This document shows, in pieces, positions 10,578 through 19,666 of a stretch of 24,675 bases of DNA. Below the pieces are notes generated by a model. It did no database searches. It saw only the letters and a program-made list of their open reading frames with translations, and was not told the origin of the DNA. Both the position numbers and the translations under genes were made by a program. Every line of letters begins with the position of its first letter. Position 1 is the stretch's first letter. Source of the DNA: Candidatus Bathyarchaeota archaeon (GTDB taxonomy: Archaea > Thermoproteota > Bathyarchaeia > Bathyarchaeales > Bathycorpusculaceae); assembly GCA_963739305.1 (NCBI GenBank), contig CAVTZU010000012.1:1-24675 (forward strand), given 5' to 3'.

Positions 10578-11537
10578 ATGAATTACCGAAATCTCGGCAA
10601 ATCTGGCCTTAAAGTATCACAGATCTGTCTGGGAACCAATAATTTCGGTGGACAGATCAATGAAGAAGCTTCCATAAAGATAGTTAACAAGGCTATCGAC
10701 TGCGGGATAAACGTCATAGACACAGCAAACATATACACGGGAGGCAAGTCTGAAGAAATAATTGGAAACGCCGTGAAGAGCCGCAGGGACGAAGTCGTCC
10801 TAGCAACAAAAGTGGGATTCGGCGCCAGTGAAGGACCAAACCGGACCGGGCTCTCGCGCAAACGTATTCTTTCTCAGGTTGAGCACAGTTTGAGAAGCTT
10901 ACAGACAGACTTCATCGACATCTATTATCTGCATCGCTTCGACCCTGAAACGCCTCTTGAGGAGACGCTTCGAACGTTCGACTCCCTCGTACGCAACGGA
11001 AAGGTGAGGTATATAGCGTGCTCCAATTTTTCGGCTTGGCAGATAGCCAAAGCCCACGAGATCTGCGAGGCGCATGATTTGGAGAAGTTCATCGCGGTTC
11101 AACCACCCTACAATCTTCTACAAAGAGACATTGAGAAAGACATTATCCCCTATTGCCAGCAAGAAGGATTAGGGATTCTAACATACACGCCGCTGATGGG
11201 AGGTTTTCTAACCGGAAAATATTCGAAAGGTGCGCATCCGCCAACAGGCAGCAGGTTCGAGTACAATCCGAGACTCTGGGAACGCGCGAACAAAGAATCG
11301 AATTTTGCAGTTCTAGAGCAGATTGAAAGTGTGGCTAACGAAGTCGGCATATCCGTTTCAAAATTAGCCATTTCGTGGATACTGAAAAACCCGGCGATAA
11401 CAGCGCCCATCGTGGGGGCTTCAAGCGCAGAACAAGTCGAGGAAAACTGTAAAATAGCCGAAATTAACCTCAAAGACGAAACCTATCAGAGACTAAACGA
11501 GTTGACAAAGGGCCTAAGCTTTGCACTGTACTCCTGA
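10578..11537 (+). CDS. Aldo/keto reductase
   Basis: LGKSGLKVSQICLGT, IDTANIY, LATK, SLRSLQTDFIDIYYLH, GKVRYIACSN, QPPYNLL, PIVGAS. Confidence 0.95.
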   Translation: MNYRNLGKSGLKVSQICLGTNNFGGQINEEASIKIVNKAIDCGINVIDTANIYTGGKSEEIIGNAVKSRRDEVVLATKVGFGASEGPNRTGLSRKRILSQVEHSLRSLQTDFIDIYYLHRFDPETPLEETLRTFDSLVRNGKVRYIACSNFSAWQIAKAHEICEAHDLEKFIAVQPPYNLLQRDIEKDIIPYCQQEGLGILTYTPLMGGFLTGKYSKGAHPPTGSRFEYNPRLWERANKESNFAVLEQIESVANEVGISVSKLAISWILKNPAITAPIVGASSAEQVEENCKIAEINLKDETYQRLNELTKGLSFALYS

Positions 11538-11820
11538 ATGATTAACACTAGGAGACCGATCAAAGAAAACTGAACCTGCCGAGTCGGAACATGAGATAGC
11601 GCGCGCTAGTTCGACGATCTCATAAGAACGCTTTGTCGAATTCATCACTGGGACAATGTGCTATAAGACACACGCTCACTCATGTCAAGTGCTTTGAGTG
11701 GTTTGGGTTGGCTGCGGCTGTGAGCGCGCGCGCTCGCTTGATTCAGTCTTAATACCAACTTAGTGCGTAACAATAAGGTCAGGTGCCAAGAATGGTTGAC
11801 ATACGGACTGTCTGGCACGC

Positions 11821-12588
11821 GTGATGAAGGGGGCAAGTGGATTGGACCTTAGAGGTAAAACGCTGATTGTAACAGGAGCTTCAAGGGGAATTGGCCGAGC
11901 TTTGGCTTCAGAACTGGCTCAGAATGGTGTCAACCTTGTCTTGAACGCCCGAAGCGGTGCACTCTTGGATGAGGTGGCCACTGCCGCTAGAGGGAAAGGT
12001 GTGTACGCATTGACAGTGGTAGGTGATGCCGCGTTAGCCAGCAACGCCCGGAAAATGGTGGAAGCCGCGATTGGTATTGGCGATTTCGTCGGTTTCATTC
12101 ACAACGCCGGAATCGCTCATCCTGGTCCATTCTTGTATGAACTGGATGAGGCCAAGTTTGAGGATGTTTGGCGATCCAACGTGTTAGCTGGTTACCAGAT
12201 CGCGCGTTTCTCTTATCCAGAACTGCGGCGAAGGAAGAGTGGCTTGGCGGTCTTCTTTGGGTCAGGAGCTGCGGAGATGTACTTAGAAGGCACTGGAGCC
12301 TACTGCCTCTCCAAGGCCGCGGAAGAGCATTTGGCGAAACAACTTGCCGTTGAGGCTCCAGAGATCACTTGCTTCGTGTATCGACCTCTGGCTGTCGACA
12401 CTGAGATGCAGAAGAGTGGCCGTGAAGCAAAGGGCAGCGGGGCCAAGGTGTTGCACCGCGTATTCGGAGACTTGAAGGAGAGAGGGCTCCTAACTCCCGA
12501 AGCGTCCGCGAGAGCGTTAGTGCAGATAATCCAAAATGACCCGCGCAGCTTCCACGGCAAGATAGCTACCTACAAGGACGGTTTATAG
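11821..12588 (+). CDS. Short-chain dehydrogenase/reductase (SDR)
   Basis: IVTGASRGIG Rossmann motif, HNAG, YCLSK (YxxxK), VDTEMQ. Confidence 0.93.
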   Translation: MMKGASGLDLRGKTLIVTGASRGIGRALASELAQNGVNLVLNARSGALLDEVATAARGKGVYALTVVGDAALASNARKMVEAAIGIGDFVGFIHNAGIAHPGPFLYELDEAKFEDVWRSNVLAGYQIARFSYPELRRRKSGLAVFFGSGAAEMYLEGTGAYCLSKAAEEHLAKQLAVEAPEITCFVYRPLAVDTEMQKSGREAKGSGAKVLHRVFGDLKERGLLTPEASARALVQIIQNDPRSFHGKIATYKDGL

Positions 12589-12634
12589 CGCGCTATTAAT
12601 GCGCGCGTCTCTTTTGCCAATTATGGTTTAGACA

Positions 12635-12700
12635 GTTTGCTCTTGAATACTTGGAGTGGAACATTAGATTTGTTGCACTATAGGAATGAGATACTGTTCA
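12635..12700 (+). repeat. Degenerate third copy of the ~75-nt intergenic element
   Basis: GGAACATTAGATTTGTTGCACTATAGGAA aligns to GGAACATTAGATTTATTGTTCTATATGAA at 21182-21210. Confidence 0.6.
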
Positions 12701-12761
12701 GAAAAAGAAAATGACGGCGGGCCATCGGGCCTGTTCATTCCTAGCATTTGCAGCTGATGAT

Positions 12762-12845
12762 TGAATTAGATGCTGTTCCACAAGGGATAAGAACGTATAA
12801 TCTGATAGTGTTCTCTTGACAGGTTGATGAGGAGAGGTCTTCTTG
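12762..12845 (+). promoter_or_regulatory. Promoter/5'UTR of STAND paralog 1 (duplicated at 21281-21364)
   Basis: CAAGGGATAAGAACGTATAATCT (12781-12803) identical in both copies, BRE/TATA-like; GAGGAG Shine-Dalgarno-like sequence before TTG. Confidence 0.75.
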
Positions 12846-15800
12846 GCATCCATTGAACGTGAACGTGTTCCGAGTCCACGTCCTATCGCTGCAAGAGAGA
12901 TACCTCTCATCGACAGAGTCGAAGAAATGAAACTCTTGAAGGAAGCTGTCGACAGGACGATTCAAGGTGAGGGCGGTCTGGTTTTTCTCTATGGAGAGGC
13001 CGGAATCGGTAAGACAAGATTGGCGAGAGAGCTTAGGGCTTATGCACATCTTCGTGGAATGCGTGTTCTTTACGGCAGATGTCCTGCTCTGTTCAGAATG
13101 GATGGAGTTCCTCCTTACATTCTTTGGAAGGAGGTTATCAAAGACTATTTGGAAACGTGTACAATTGAGCAATTGGACAGGGTCATCGGCTTTTATCCTG
13201 CTGAAATTGCCAAACTTGTTCCTGAACTCAATCAAAGACTCAGAACAATCCCTCAGTCCTACCAGATAAGTCCTGAGCAGGAGCAAAACAGATTGTTTGA
13301 AGCAGTTTCACAATTCGTCACCAACATCTCTAGGGAAACTCCTCTACTCATCGTTCTTGACGATTTGCAATGGACTGATCCGTCTTCGCTCTTGTTACTA
13401 CATTATCTGGCTCGCGGCGTTCAGAAAACACCTCTACTTCTTCTGGGAGCTTATCGCAGCACAGACATCGATGCAAAGCATCCGTTGTCTCCGGTCTTGA
13501 CGGAGTTGAAGAGAGAGCGGTTGCCGGTTTCCATCTCTTTGAAACGAATGTCTCGAGACGACGTTTCAGAAATGATCAAACAGATACTGGAGCAAGATGA
13601 AGTTCCACCAGAATTCTGCAGTCTGGTCTACGAGAAGACGAGAGGCAACCCGTTCTTCGCCGAGGAGGTCATAGAATCTCTGAAAGAAGAAGAGGTCATC
13701 CACAGGGAGGGAAACAAGTGGAAGTTCAAAGAAACTTCCAAGATCGAGTTTCCAGAAAGCGTTAGAAATGTCGTTAAGACAAGGCTTAATCGTTTGGATA
13801 GTGAATGTCAGAACGTCTTGACCCTGGCTTCCTTTGTTGGAAACGATTTCACGTTGGAAGCAATGTGTGCACTCACTGGAATCGAAGAGAACAAGCTTCT
13901 TGAATTGATGGACAAGATGCTCGAGACAGGACTGGTCAAAGAGAGGGAGATCCGTGGAGAAGGCATCTGCTCTTTTGCCGACATATTGGTTAGGGATGTC
14001 GTGTATGAAGACGTTAGTCTTCTGAAGAGGAAGAGTCTTCACCGGGTTGTCGGGAACGCCCTCGAAAAAGTCTACGCTAAGAAGATTGACGAGCATTTTG
14101 GAGAACTGGCGTCCCATTTTCTCGAAGGTGGAGAGAAGAACAAAGCGCTTGAATATTTCTTCAAAGCCGGAGAAAAAGCCGCAAAGATTTATGCCAATGC
14201 AGAGGCGGCCTCGTACTTCCAGTCCGCACTTAAACTACTGGAGGACGAGAGAAATGAGATTCGAAAAAGAGGAGATGTTCTTGAAAGGCTTGGTGACATC
14301 AAGAATCTCGTAGGCGAATATGATTCTTGCATTAGATATTGGACTGAAGCGCTAGAGCTTTGGGAACAAATCGGTGAGAAAGAAAAGGCTTCAAGGTTGC
14401 ACCGCAAGACAGCCAACGTTCTTTGGATGGTAATTGGCGACACGGAGAAGGCCGCAGAACATCACGAGATGGCTTTGAGAGTTTTGGAGAAGGAACCTGA
14501 AAGTGCCGAATTAGCGAGTCTCTTTGAAGACATGGCCCGCTTCTATTCTCGCACCCAGGATGAAACTAAAGCTCTTTCTTGGGCTGAGAAAGCAATTGAG
14601 CTGGCCAAAAAACTCAACGATCATGAAGTCATTGCACGTTCTTACGGCACTCTGGGAGTGATCTTCGCTGAAACTGGGAAAGCAAAAAAGGCAATTGAAT
14701 GCCATGAAAGATCCTTGAGGATAGCGCTTGATAACGGTTACATGGACATCGCATTGCGTGCCTACAACAACGTTTCAGCAGAGCTAGATACTGAAGGAGA
14801 AAAAGAGAAAGCATTGGAGTTTGCCGTAAAAGGATTCGAACTGGCAAAGAAAATTGGAGCTATAAGATGGATATCTTGGATAGGCACAGGCCTTTCATCG
14901 ACATACTTTGAAATGGGAGATGCGGCAAAGGGACTTCCTTTGGCTGAAGACTCGGTTTCACTGGATAGGAAGGCGGGTGACCTTACTAATCTTTCCAATT
15001 CCCTGAACAACCTCGGATACATTCACCTCATATTGGGCGAACTGGATAGGAGCGAGCTATACTTCAAGGAAGCTCTAGTCCTTGCGCAAAAAGCGAAAAA
15101 TAACCAGCAAACTGGCTACAGTCATGCACTCATTGGATGGCTCTATTCCTACAAAAGCGAATACATCAAGGCAGAAGAGCAATTTAGGAAGGCATTTGAC
15201 GTATTTGAAAAGGCCGGAATGAAATACTACCAAGCATATACCTCTTTCAGGCTTACCTGGGTGAACACAGAGCTAGGAGAAATTGACAAAGCCCAAAACT
15301 TCCTTGCAAAAACAGTCGAATATGCTGTCGAAGCAGGAGACAAATTGCTCATTGCTTTTGCGGACGCTGGCAAAGGAATGCTGTTTCGAACCCAGAAAAG
15401 GTGGAAAGAATCTATAGAGTTTTTCGAAAAGAGTCTTCAAGAACTCGACACTCTCAATTCAAGGCGATGGAGTATCTACTGGCCCGCTAAACTGAGCTTT
15501 GAAAACGCCCGGGTTTACCTGGAAAGAGACCAAAAAGGCGATAAAGAGAAAGCCCGCGATCTCCTCAACCAAGCACTTGAAATGTTTCAGAAATTGAACG
15601 CCAAAATAGAGGTTGAGAAAACTACGAGATTGCTTGAGACTTTGCACCCGCTTCAGGCACAAACGCTTGAAGGGGGGATCATCACAGCGAATCTTGAACA
15701 TGGCGATGTTCAAATCAACATCACGGCTGCGCCCAGAGAACTAAAGATCGGTGAGAGTCTAGAACTGGAAATAGAAGTTACAAATACTGGCAAAGTTGGA

Positions 15801-16097
15801 ACCATTCAGCTTACGAAGATCACAGAAGCCATCCCTGAAGGTTTCGCTGTAATCAAGAAGCCTGAATTGTACCGCGTAGAAGGCAATGATCTCAACTTGA
15901 AAGAGAAACTGCTTGAACCTCTCAAAAGAGAGGAAATCAAGTTTGTTCTGACACCGAAGACTCAAGGCACGTTCAACATCAAACCAAGAATAGTGTATCT
16001 TGACGAAAATCGCAAAGAGAAAACCTGTGAGCCTAAGCCACTAAGCATAACGGTCAAGGAACTCGGCATCAAGGGCTGGCTTAAAGGAGAAAGATAA
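12843..16097 (+). CDS. STAND-class (AAA_16/MalT-like) NTPase with TPR array and C-terminal Ig-like beta-sandwich, paralog 1
   Basis: LIDR pre-Walker motif, GEAGIGKT Walker A, LIVLDDLQW Walker B, TRGNPFF GxP motif, ~40-aa helical repeats, beta-rich C-terminus (ELEIEVTNTG...IPEGF...GTFNIKP). Confidence 0.9.
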   Translation: MASIERERVPSPRPIAAREIPLIDRVEEMKLLKEAVDRTIQGEGGLVFLYGEAGIGKTRLARELRAYAHLRGMRVLYGRCPALFRMDGVPPYILWKEVIKDYLETCTIEQLDRVIGFYPAEIAKLVPELNQRLRTIPQSYQISPEQEQNRLFEAVSQFVTNISRETPLLIVLDDLQWTDPSSLLLLHYLARGVQKTPLLLLGAYRSTDIDAKHPLSPVLTELKRERLPVSISLKRMSRDDVSEMIKQILEQDEVPPEFCSLVYEKTRGNPFFAEEVIESLKEEEVIHREGNKWKFKETSKIEFPESVRNVVKTRLNRLDSECQNVLTLASFVGNDFTLEAMCALTGIEENKLLELMDKMLETGLVKEREIRGEGICSFADILVRDVVYEDVSLLKRKSLHRVVGNALEKVYAKKIDEHFGELASHFLEGGEKNKALEYFFKAGEKAAKIYANAEAASYFQSALKLLEDERNEIRKRGDVLERLGDIKNLVGEYDSCIRYWTEALELWEQIGEKEKASRLHRKTANVLWMVIGDTEKAAEHHEMALRVLEKEPESAELASLFEDMARFYSRTQDETKALSWAEKAIELAKKLNDHEVIARSYGTLGVIFAETGKAKKAIECHERSLRIALDNGYMDIALRAYNNVSAELDTEGEKEKALEFAVKGFELAKKIGAIRWISWIGTGLSSTYFEMGDAAKGLPLAEDSVSLDRKAGDLTNLSNSLNNLGYIHLILGELDRSELYFKEALVLAQKAKNNQQTGYSHALIGWLYSYKSEYIKAEEQFRKAFDVFEKAGMKYYQAYTSFRLTWVNTELGEIDKAQNFLAKTVEYAVEAGDKLLIAFADAGKGMLFRTQKRWKESIEFFEKSLQELDTLNSRRWSIYWPAKLSFENARVYLERDQKGDKEKARDLLNQALEMFQKLNAKIEVEKTTRLLETLHPLQAQTLEGGIITANLEHGDVQINITAAPRELKIGESLELEIEVTNTGKVGTIQLTKITEAIPEGFAVIKKPELYRVEGNDLNLKEKLLEPLKREEIKFVLTPKTQGTFNIKPRIVYLDENRKEKTCEPKPLSITVKELGIKGWLKGER

Positions 16098-16174
16098 CCT
16101 CAAACCAGTTTTGCGAAAACGTTGTAGCGCGCGCCTTGGTTTTGCATTCATTAGCGGGTCACTCTAGTGAGCAT

Positions 16175-16610
16175 CTACTTCTCCAGAATGCTCTTCAGAT
16201 TGTTTAAGGATGCCTCGACACCGAAAATCTTGTCCCCGAACAATCCGCAAATTGAGCAAAGAATCCCCCAACCCCAACAAGCACATGCATATGTGACTTC
16301 AGTTCCCCCCTCAACGGGTTTCAAGGTATATGTTAGAGTCAAATGCGATATTCCCCCTGCGATACCTTTCGAGCTATACATAATCTTCTCGTTTTTGAGA
16401 CTCTCCGTGATCTCCAGATCATATTTCGCGTGCTTCTCAGTCACGTGAGCAGATGCACCCAGTCTATACTTGTCCTCGGGAGTGCGCACCTCGGAAATGA
16501 ACGCGACACTCTTCCAGTACATCCATTCTAGCATCTTGTCGAAAGCCAAGCATTTCCCAGACTTTCTCAGGCGGAGCCTTGATTACAACTGACTTTTCTA
16601 TCCTAACCAA
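16175..16610 (-). pseudogene. SRPBCC/START (polyketide cyclase-like) protein with a 1-nt insertion near 16550
   Basis: AGGAG SD then TTG at 16610 gives MVRIEKSVVIKAPPEKVWEM, typical of SRPBCC; the rest (LAFDKMLEW...YTLKPVEGGTEVTY...SLNNLKSILEK) is one base out of frame. Confidence 0.8.
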
Positions 16611-16900
16611 AATAACTCCTCCCTAATTGTCTATCCAACTATCTCTTCTTCAGCATATAAGATATCTAGGGCGCGCGGTTAGTTCTGGAAGCTTTTGGGT
16701 TGAGATAGAGGTTCTGATTCATGGCGGAGGATGCTCTAACATTAATGGAAGCTGCTATCTCTACCACTATAATGCACCTAATTTAATGAATGCTATGAAG
16801 AAATCGTTCTCAGGAACCCCTTCAATCTATTTCTTCATCTTCAACCAGAGTTCTGCAGTTTTAGCGCACGCGGTATAATACCATCCACAATAGACTTGGG

Positions 16901-16946
16901 TTTTTTGGGTTGGGATAAGACTTTACCCCCAAACCCAAAGAAAAAA
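16901..16946 (-). terminator. Imperfect hairpin with oligo-T run downstream of the DUF6326-like gene
   Basis: TTTGGGTTGGG...CCCAAACCCAAA inverted repeat; minus strand reads TTTTTTCTTT about 50 nt after the stop. Confidence 0.45.
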
Positions 16947-16997
16947 CTGACCTTTCGTGAATGGTATGCCTAGTCGCTACCGAATGCGCTTTGAAGG

Positions 16998-17387
16998 TTA
17001 ACTCTTCGGCCACTTGTACGCGTACCAGACAACTAAAGCAGATAGTATAGTTCCGACGACAGAACCAACTGCTAGGACGGATTGGTTCTCAAGCTTCTGA
17101 ACTAGCAATATCAGCGAAAACGCAACGTAAACCAAACCCACAACGATGTTCAGACCGCGATTCAATCTATCCCGCAAACGCACAGAAAGAAACGCCATAA
17201 TCAAGGAAACTGTAAACAAGACAACAAGTGCCAACAAAAACTGAGGACTTATTGCAAGACCGTACTTCACGCCAGATCTTATCTCATCAAGCACACCAGG
17301 CTCGTAAAACTCAAAAACCAGACTCGTCAACCCGCCGACGGTATTAACCAACCACAAAACAGCAAGCCAAATCTTCACATCCTCCAC
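16998..17387 (-). CDS. Small 4-TM membrane protein, DUF6326-like; start reassigned to GTG 17387
   Basis: GGAGGTG SD then MEDVKIWLAVLW; later LKDR-like NRGLNIVVG and IVWYA-like VVWYAYKWP; TATA-like CTATTATA at about 17441-17448. Confidence 0.7.
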   Translation of the reverse strand: MEDVKIWLAVLWLVNTVGGLTSLVFEFYEPGVLDEIRSGVKYGLAISPQFLLALVVLFTVSLIMAFLSVRLRDRLNRGLNIVVGLVYVAFSLILLVQKLENQSVLAVGSVVGTILSALVVWYAYKWPKS

Positions 17388-17530
17388 CCCCACCACCTCC
17401 TCTTTACCAGAAAGACAATCCAAGGAATCATGCCAAGTACTATAATAGTTTAGCGCGCGCGCCCTTTCCAAAAAAGTCAAGGTAGTCTTCCCGGGTGAAA
17501 GCGTTTATTTATCAAATGCCTTCATTATGA

Positions 17531-18034
17531 TTGCTGGTGAGTCGGGTGAAGAAAACCGTTGAAGAACAAATGAGAACCCTGCTTACTAAATACACGTACC
17601 CACCGGTTGAAGTGGCAATTCCAATTCTCGAGAGAGCTGGTCGGGGAGAGGAGGAACTTGCAAATCAAGTTCATGAAGTAGACATGTCCGTGTTAAGTGG
17701 TATAATGAAGATTCTGAACCTGAAGGAAAAGAATATGAGAACTGTATCCAAAATGTTCGGAGTGTTGCTCAGTTATTATGGTCAGAAATACGAGCCCGTT
17801 GAGTTGTCGGAAAATCGCTTTTGTTTGAGCGTCTCAGACTGTCCCATGCTGCACGTGGGCAAGAACGTGAGCACCGAAGTCAGATGCAAGTTCTGTGATG
17901 TACTCTGCTCTTCAACAGCTAAAGCTATGGCGCAGCTCGTGCTCGGCGAGGCAGGCAGTTGTAGCTGGGATAAAGCCCTAATCAAAGGCGGCCGTAAATG
18001 CACAGTAGCGTTTGAACTTGTGAAGACAAAATGA
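17531..18034 (+). CDS. V4R/ATC-hydrolase-like small ligand-binding protein (4 Cys)
   Basis: VSDCPM...FCDVLC...IKGGRKCTVAF pattern; ATGA overlap with the next gene. Confidence 0.6.
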   Translation: MLVSRVKKTVEEQMRTLLTKYTYPPVEVAIPILERAGRGEEELANQVHEVDMSVLSGIMKILNLKEKNMRTVSKMFGVLLSYYGQKYEPVELSENRFCLSVSDCPMLHVGKNVSTEVRCKFCDVLCSSTAKAMAQLVLGEAGSCSWDKALIKGGRKCTVAFELVKTK

Positions 18035-19026
18035 ACCAATCAAGAACGCTCTTGATTGTCATTCTCGTAGGAACTTCCTTAGTAGCTGTTTTTCTAGCTT
18101 GGCGAAACATCACGTCGCCGATCGATTTTGCCGACCTCAAAACCGTGTTGACAACAACAACAGAAACGTTCGGAGGCCTGCTGGGCATAATAACGGCTGG
18201 ACTCATGTTCACCCATGGAAAATTCAGTGAACTCGCAACTGAACTCGACGAAAAATCACCTGACTACCTTTCAGGCACGCTATCCTTGGAAAAAGTTCAG
18301 ACGATCGGAAACAACCTCCTTGCTCTACGAAAATCGTTCTCGCTACTCGAAACTCAAACAACCGTAGAAGAAGAGAAAAATCTCTACAGGAGAGTAATTG
18401 AGAAAGCATCATCAATGTTTGTGGGCTTCGCGGTTCTGTCAGACCTTAAGTTGACACAACAGGGACTAGCCGAGACCGATCTGATGATTTCAGGAATGGA
18501 TCCTCAGCTTTATGTGAATTACAAAAAAGAGAGAAATCAAATTAAAAAGGAATGGCAAATACTCGTCATAATAAAGCAAATAGTAGACACGTGGGAAGGA
18601 CCAAAAACATTAGTCCTAGAAAAACACGAAAAGAGAACGTCACTGCAGCAAGACCTTAGGAACTCCACTTCCCTCCTAGCGTTAAAAGAAAGACTTGACA
18701 AAGACTCAAAACAGGTCCGTGCCGAAACCGAAGAAATCTACAACGAACTGGCCGAAGACATCGGCAAAATCGGCAGACAACTTCATCAAGACAGAATACC
18801 TCAATTACTCTCTCAGATGGAAAACGCAAACACCGTCCGAGGCAAATACTTCTATCTCGTACTTGCTTTCATCGCGACACCTCTTTTTATAAACCTATTC
18901 ATACTGCCACAACTATCAATAGGAACAGCATCATTCTTGCAACCCATCATTTCAATCACAAGTTCATTGTGCGTGATGGGAATAGCTTTCCTTCTCCTCT
19001 ACATCAACAGAATGCTAAACGTCTAA
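18031..19026 (+). CDS. Hypothetical membrane protein: 2 TM + helical/coiled-coil soluble region + 2 TM
   Basis: Hydrophobic N- and C-terminal pairs around a charged helical region; translationally coupled to 17531-18034. Confidence 0.75.
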   Translation: MNQSRTLLIVILVGTSLVAVFLAWRNITSPIDFADLKTVLTTTTETFGGLLGIITAGLMFTHGKFSELATELDEKSPDYLSGTLSLEKVQTIGNNLLALRKSFSLLETQTTVEEEKNLYRRVIEKASSMFVGFAVLSDLKLTQQGLAETDLMISGMDPQLYVNYKKERNQIKKEWQILVIIKQIVDTWEGPKTLVLEKHEKRTSLQQDLRNSTSLLALKERLDKDSKQVRAETEEIYNELAEDIGKIGRQLHQDRIPQLLSQMENANTVRGKYFYLVLAFIATPLFINLFILPQLSIGTASFLQPIISITSSLCVMGIAFLLLYINRMLNV

Positions 19027-19050
19027 GCAAAGCGCGCTTCCTTTTCGAGT

Positions 19051-19124
19051 GTATTGTTTGCAGGATTGCCATCAGAATGGGACATTAGATTTATTGTGCT
19101 ATATGAAAAAGCATTACAGTTAAA
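19051..19124 (+). repeat. ~75-nt non-coding direct repeat, copy A
   Basis: GTATTGTTTGCAGGATTGCCATCAGAAT-GGG-ACATTAGATTTATTGTGCTATATGAAAAAGCATTACAGTTAAA; about 3 differences from copy B. Confidence 0.95.
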
Positions 19125-19196
19125 GTGTGTGCGCTGGCGTTTTACCAGAAAACTTAACTCGTGAAACACACCAGTGGGCTAATAGGAGTGGTCTCT

Positions 19197-19666
19197 ATGG
19201 AAAAAGATCCAATTCTGGTTATTGACAAGCCCGATTTTGTCGTGAGGCTTCATAAAGAATGGATTGACGTTGATTTGAAAAGGGAGGCAAAGCAAAACTT
19301 GAACGTGTAATTGAGAAGGATCCATTACTCAGCAAAACAATAGGGTATGTTCTCCAGAGCAAGATTCCCTCGGATGTTGAACTGTGCGACATAAATTCCG
19401 TTGAGGTTGACGGTAAGGGGCAACTGAAACTGGTCATACCACGGCATGTGGACATTGTCCTTCCATTGGGCGTTGATGATGCAAATAGACTGGCCTGTGA
19501 GCTAAAGGATTTGATACCGTTGGCGAAAACGAAGAAGAAAGCCGACAGAAAAAGAGTGCCTCTCCACATGTGGTGGCCGACCTATATCGGTCGAATCTGG
19601 AATTCGCTACTAGTCAAGGATATCGGTGAAACGCAAACTGGTGCAGAAATGCTGACTTGGAAGTGA
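19197..19666 (+). pseudogene. Hypothetical soluble protein with a 1-nt deletion at about 19278-19284
   Basis: AGGAG SD, ATG 19197 MEKDPILVIDKPDFVVRLHKEWIDVDLK; adding one base at AAAAGGG continues GGKAKLERVIEKDPLL...VIPRHVDIVLPLG into ORF 19448-19666. Confidence 0.7.

Noticed and set aside
16627-16878. 83-aa ORF on the plus strand
   Set aside because: Overlaps the SRPBCC promoter and two GC tracts; no recognisable protein features
17388-17480. N-terminal extension of the DUF6326-like ORF
   Set aside because: Contains the SD, TATA-like box and GC tract; GTG 17387 is the better start
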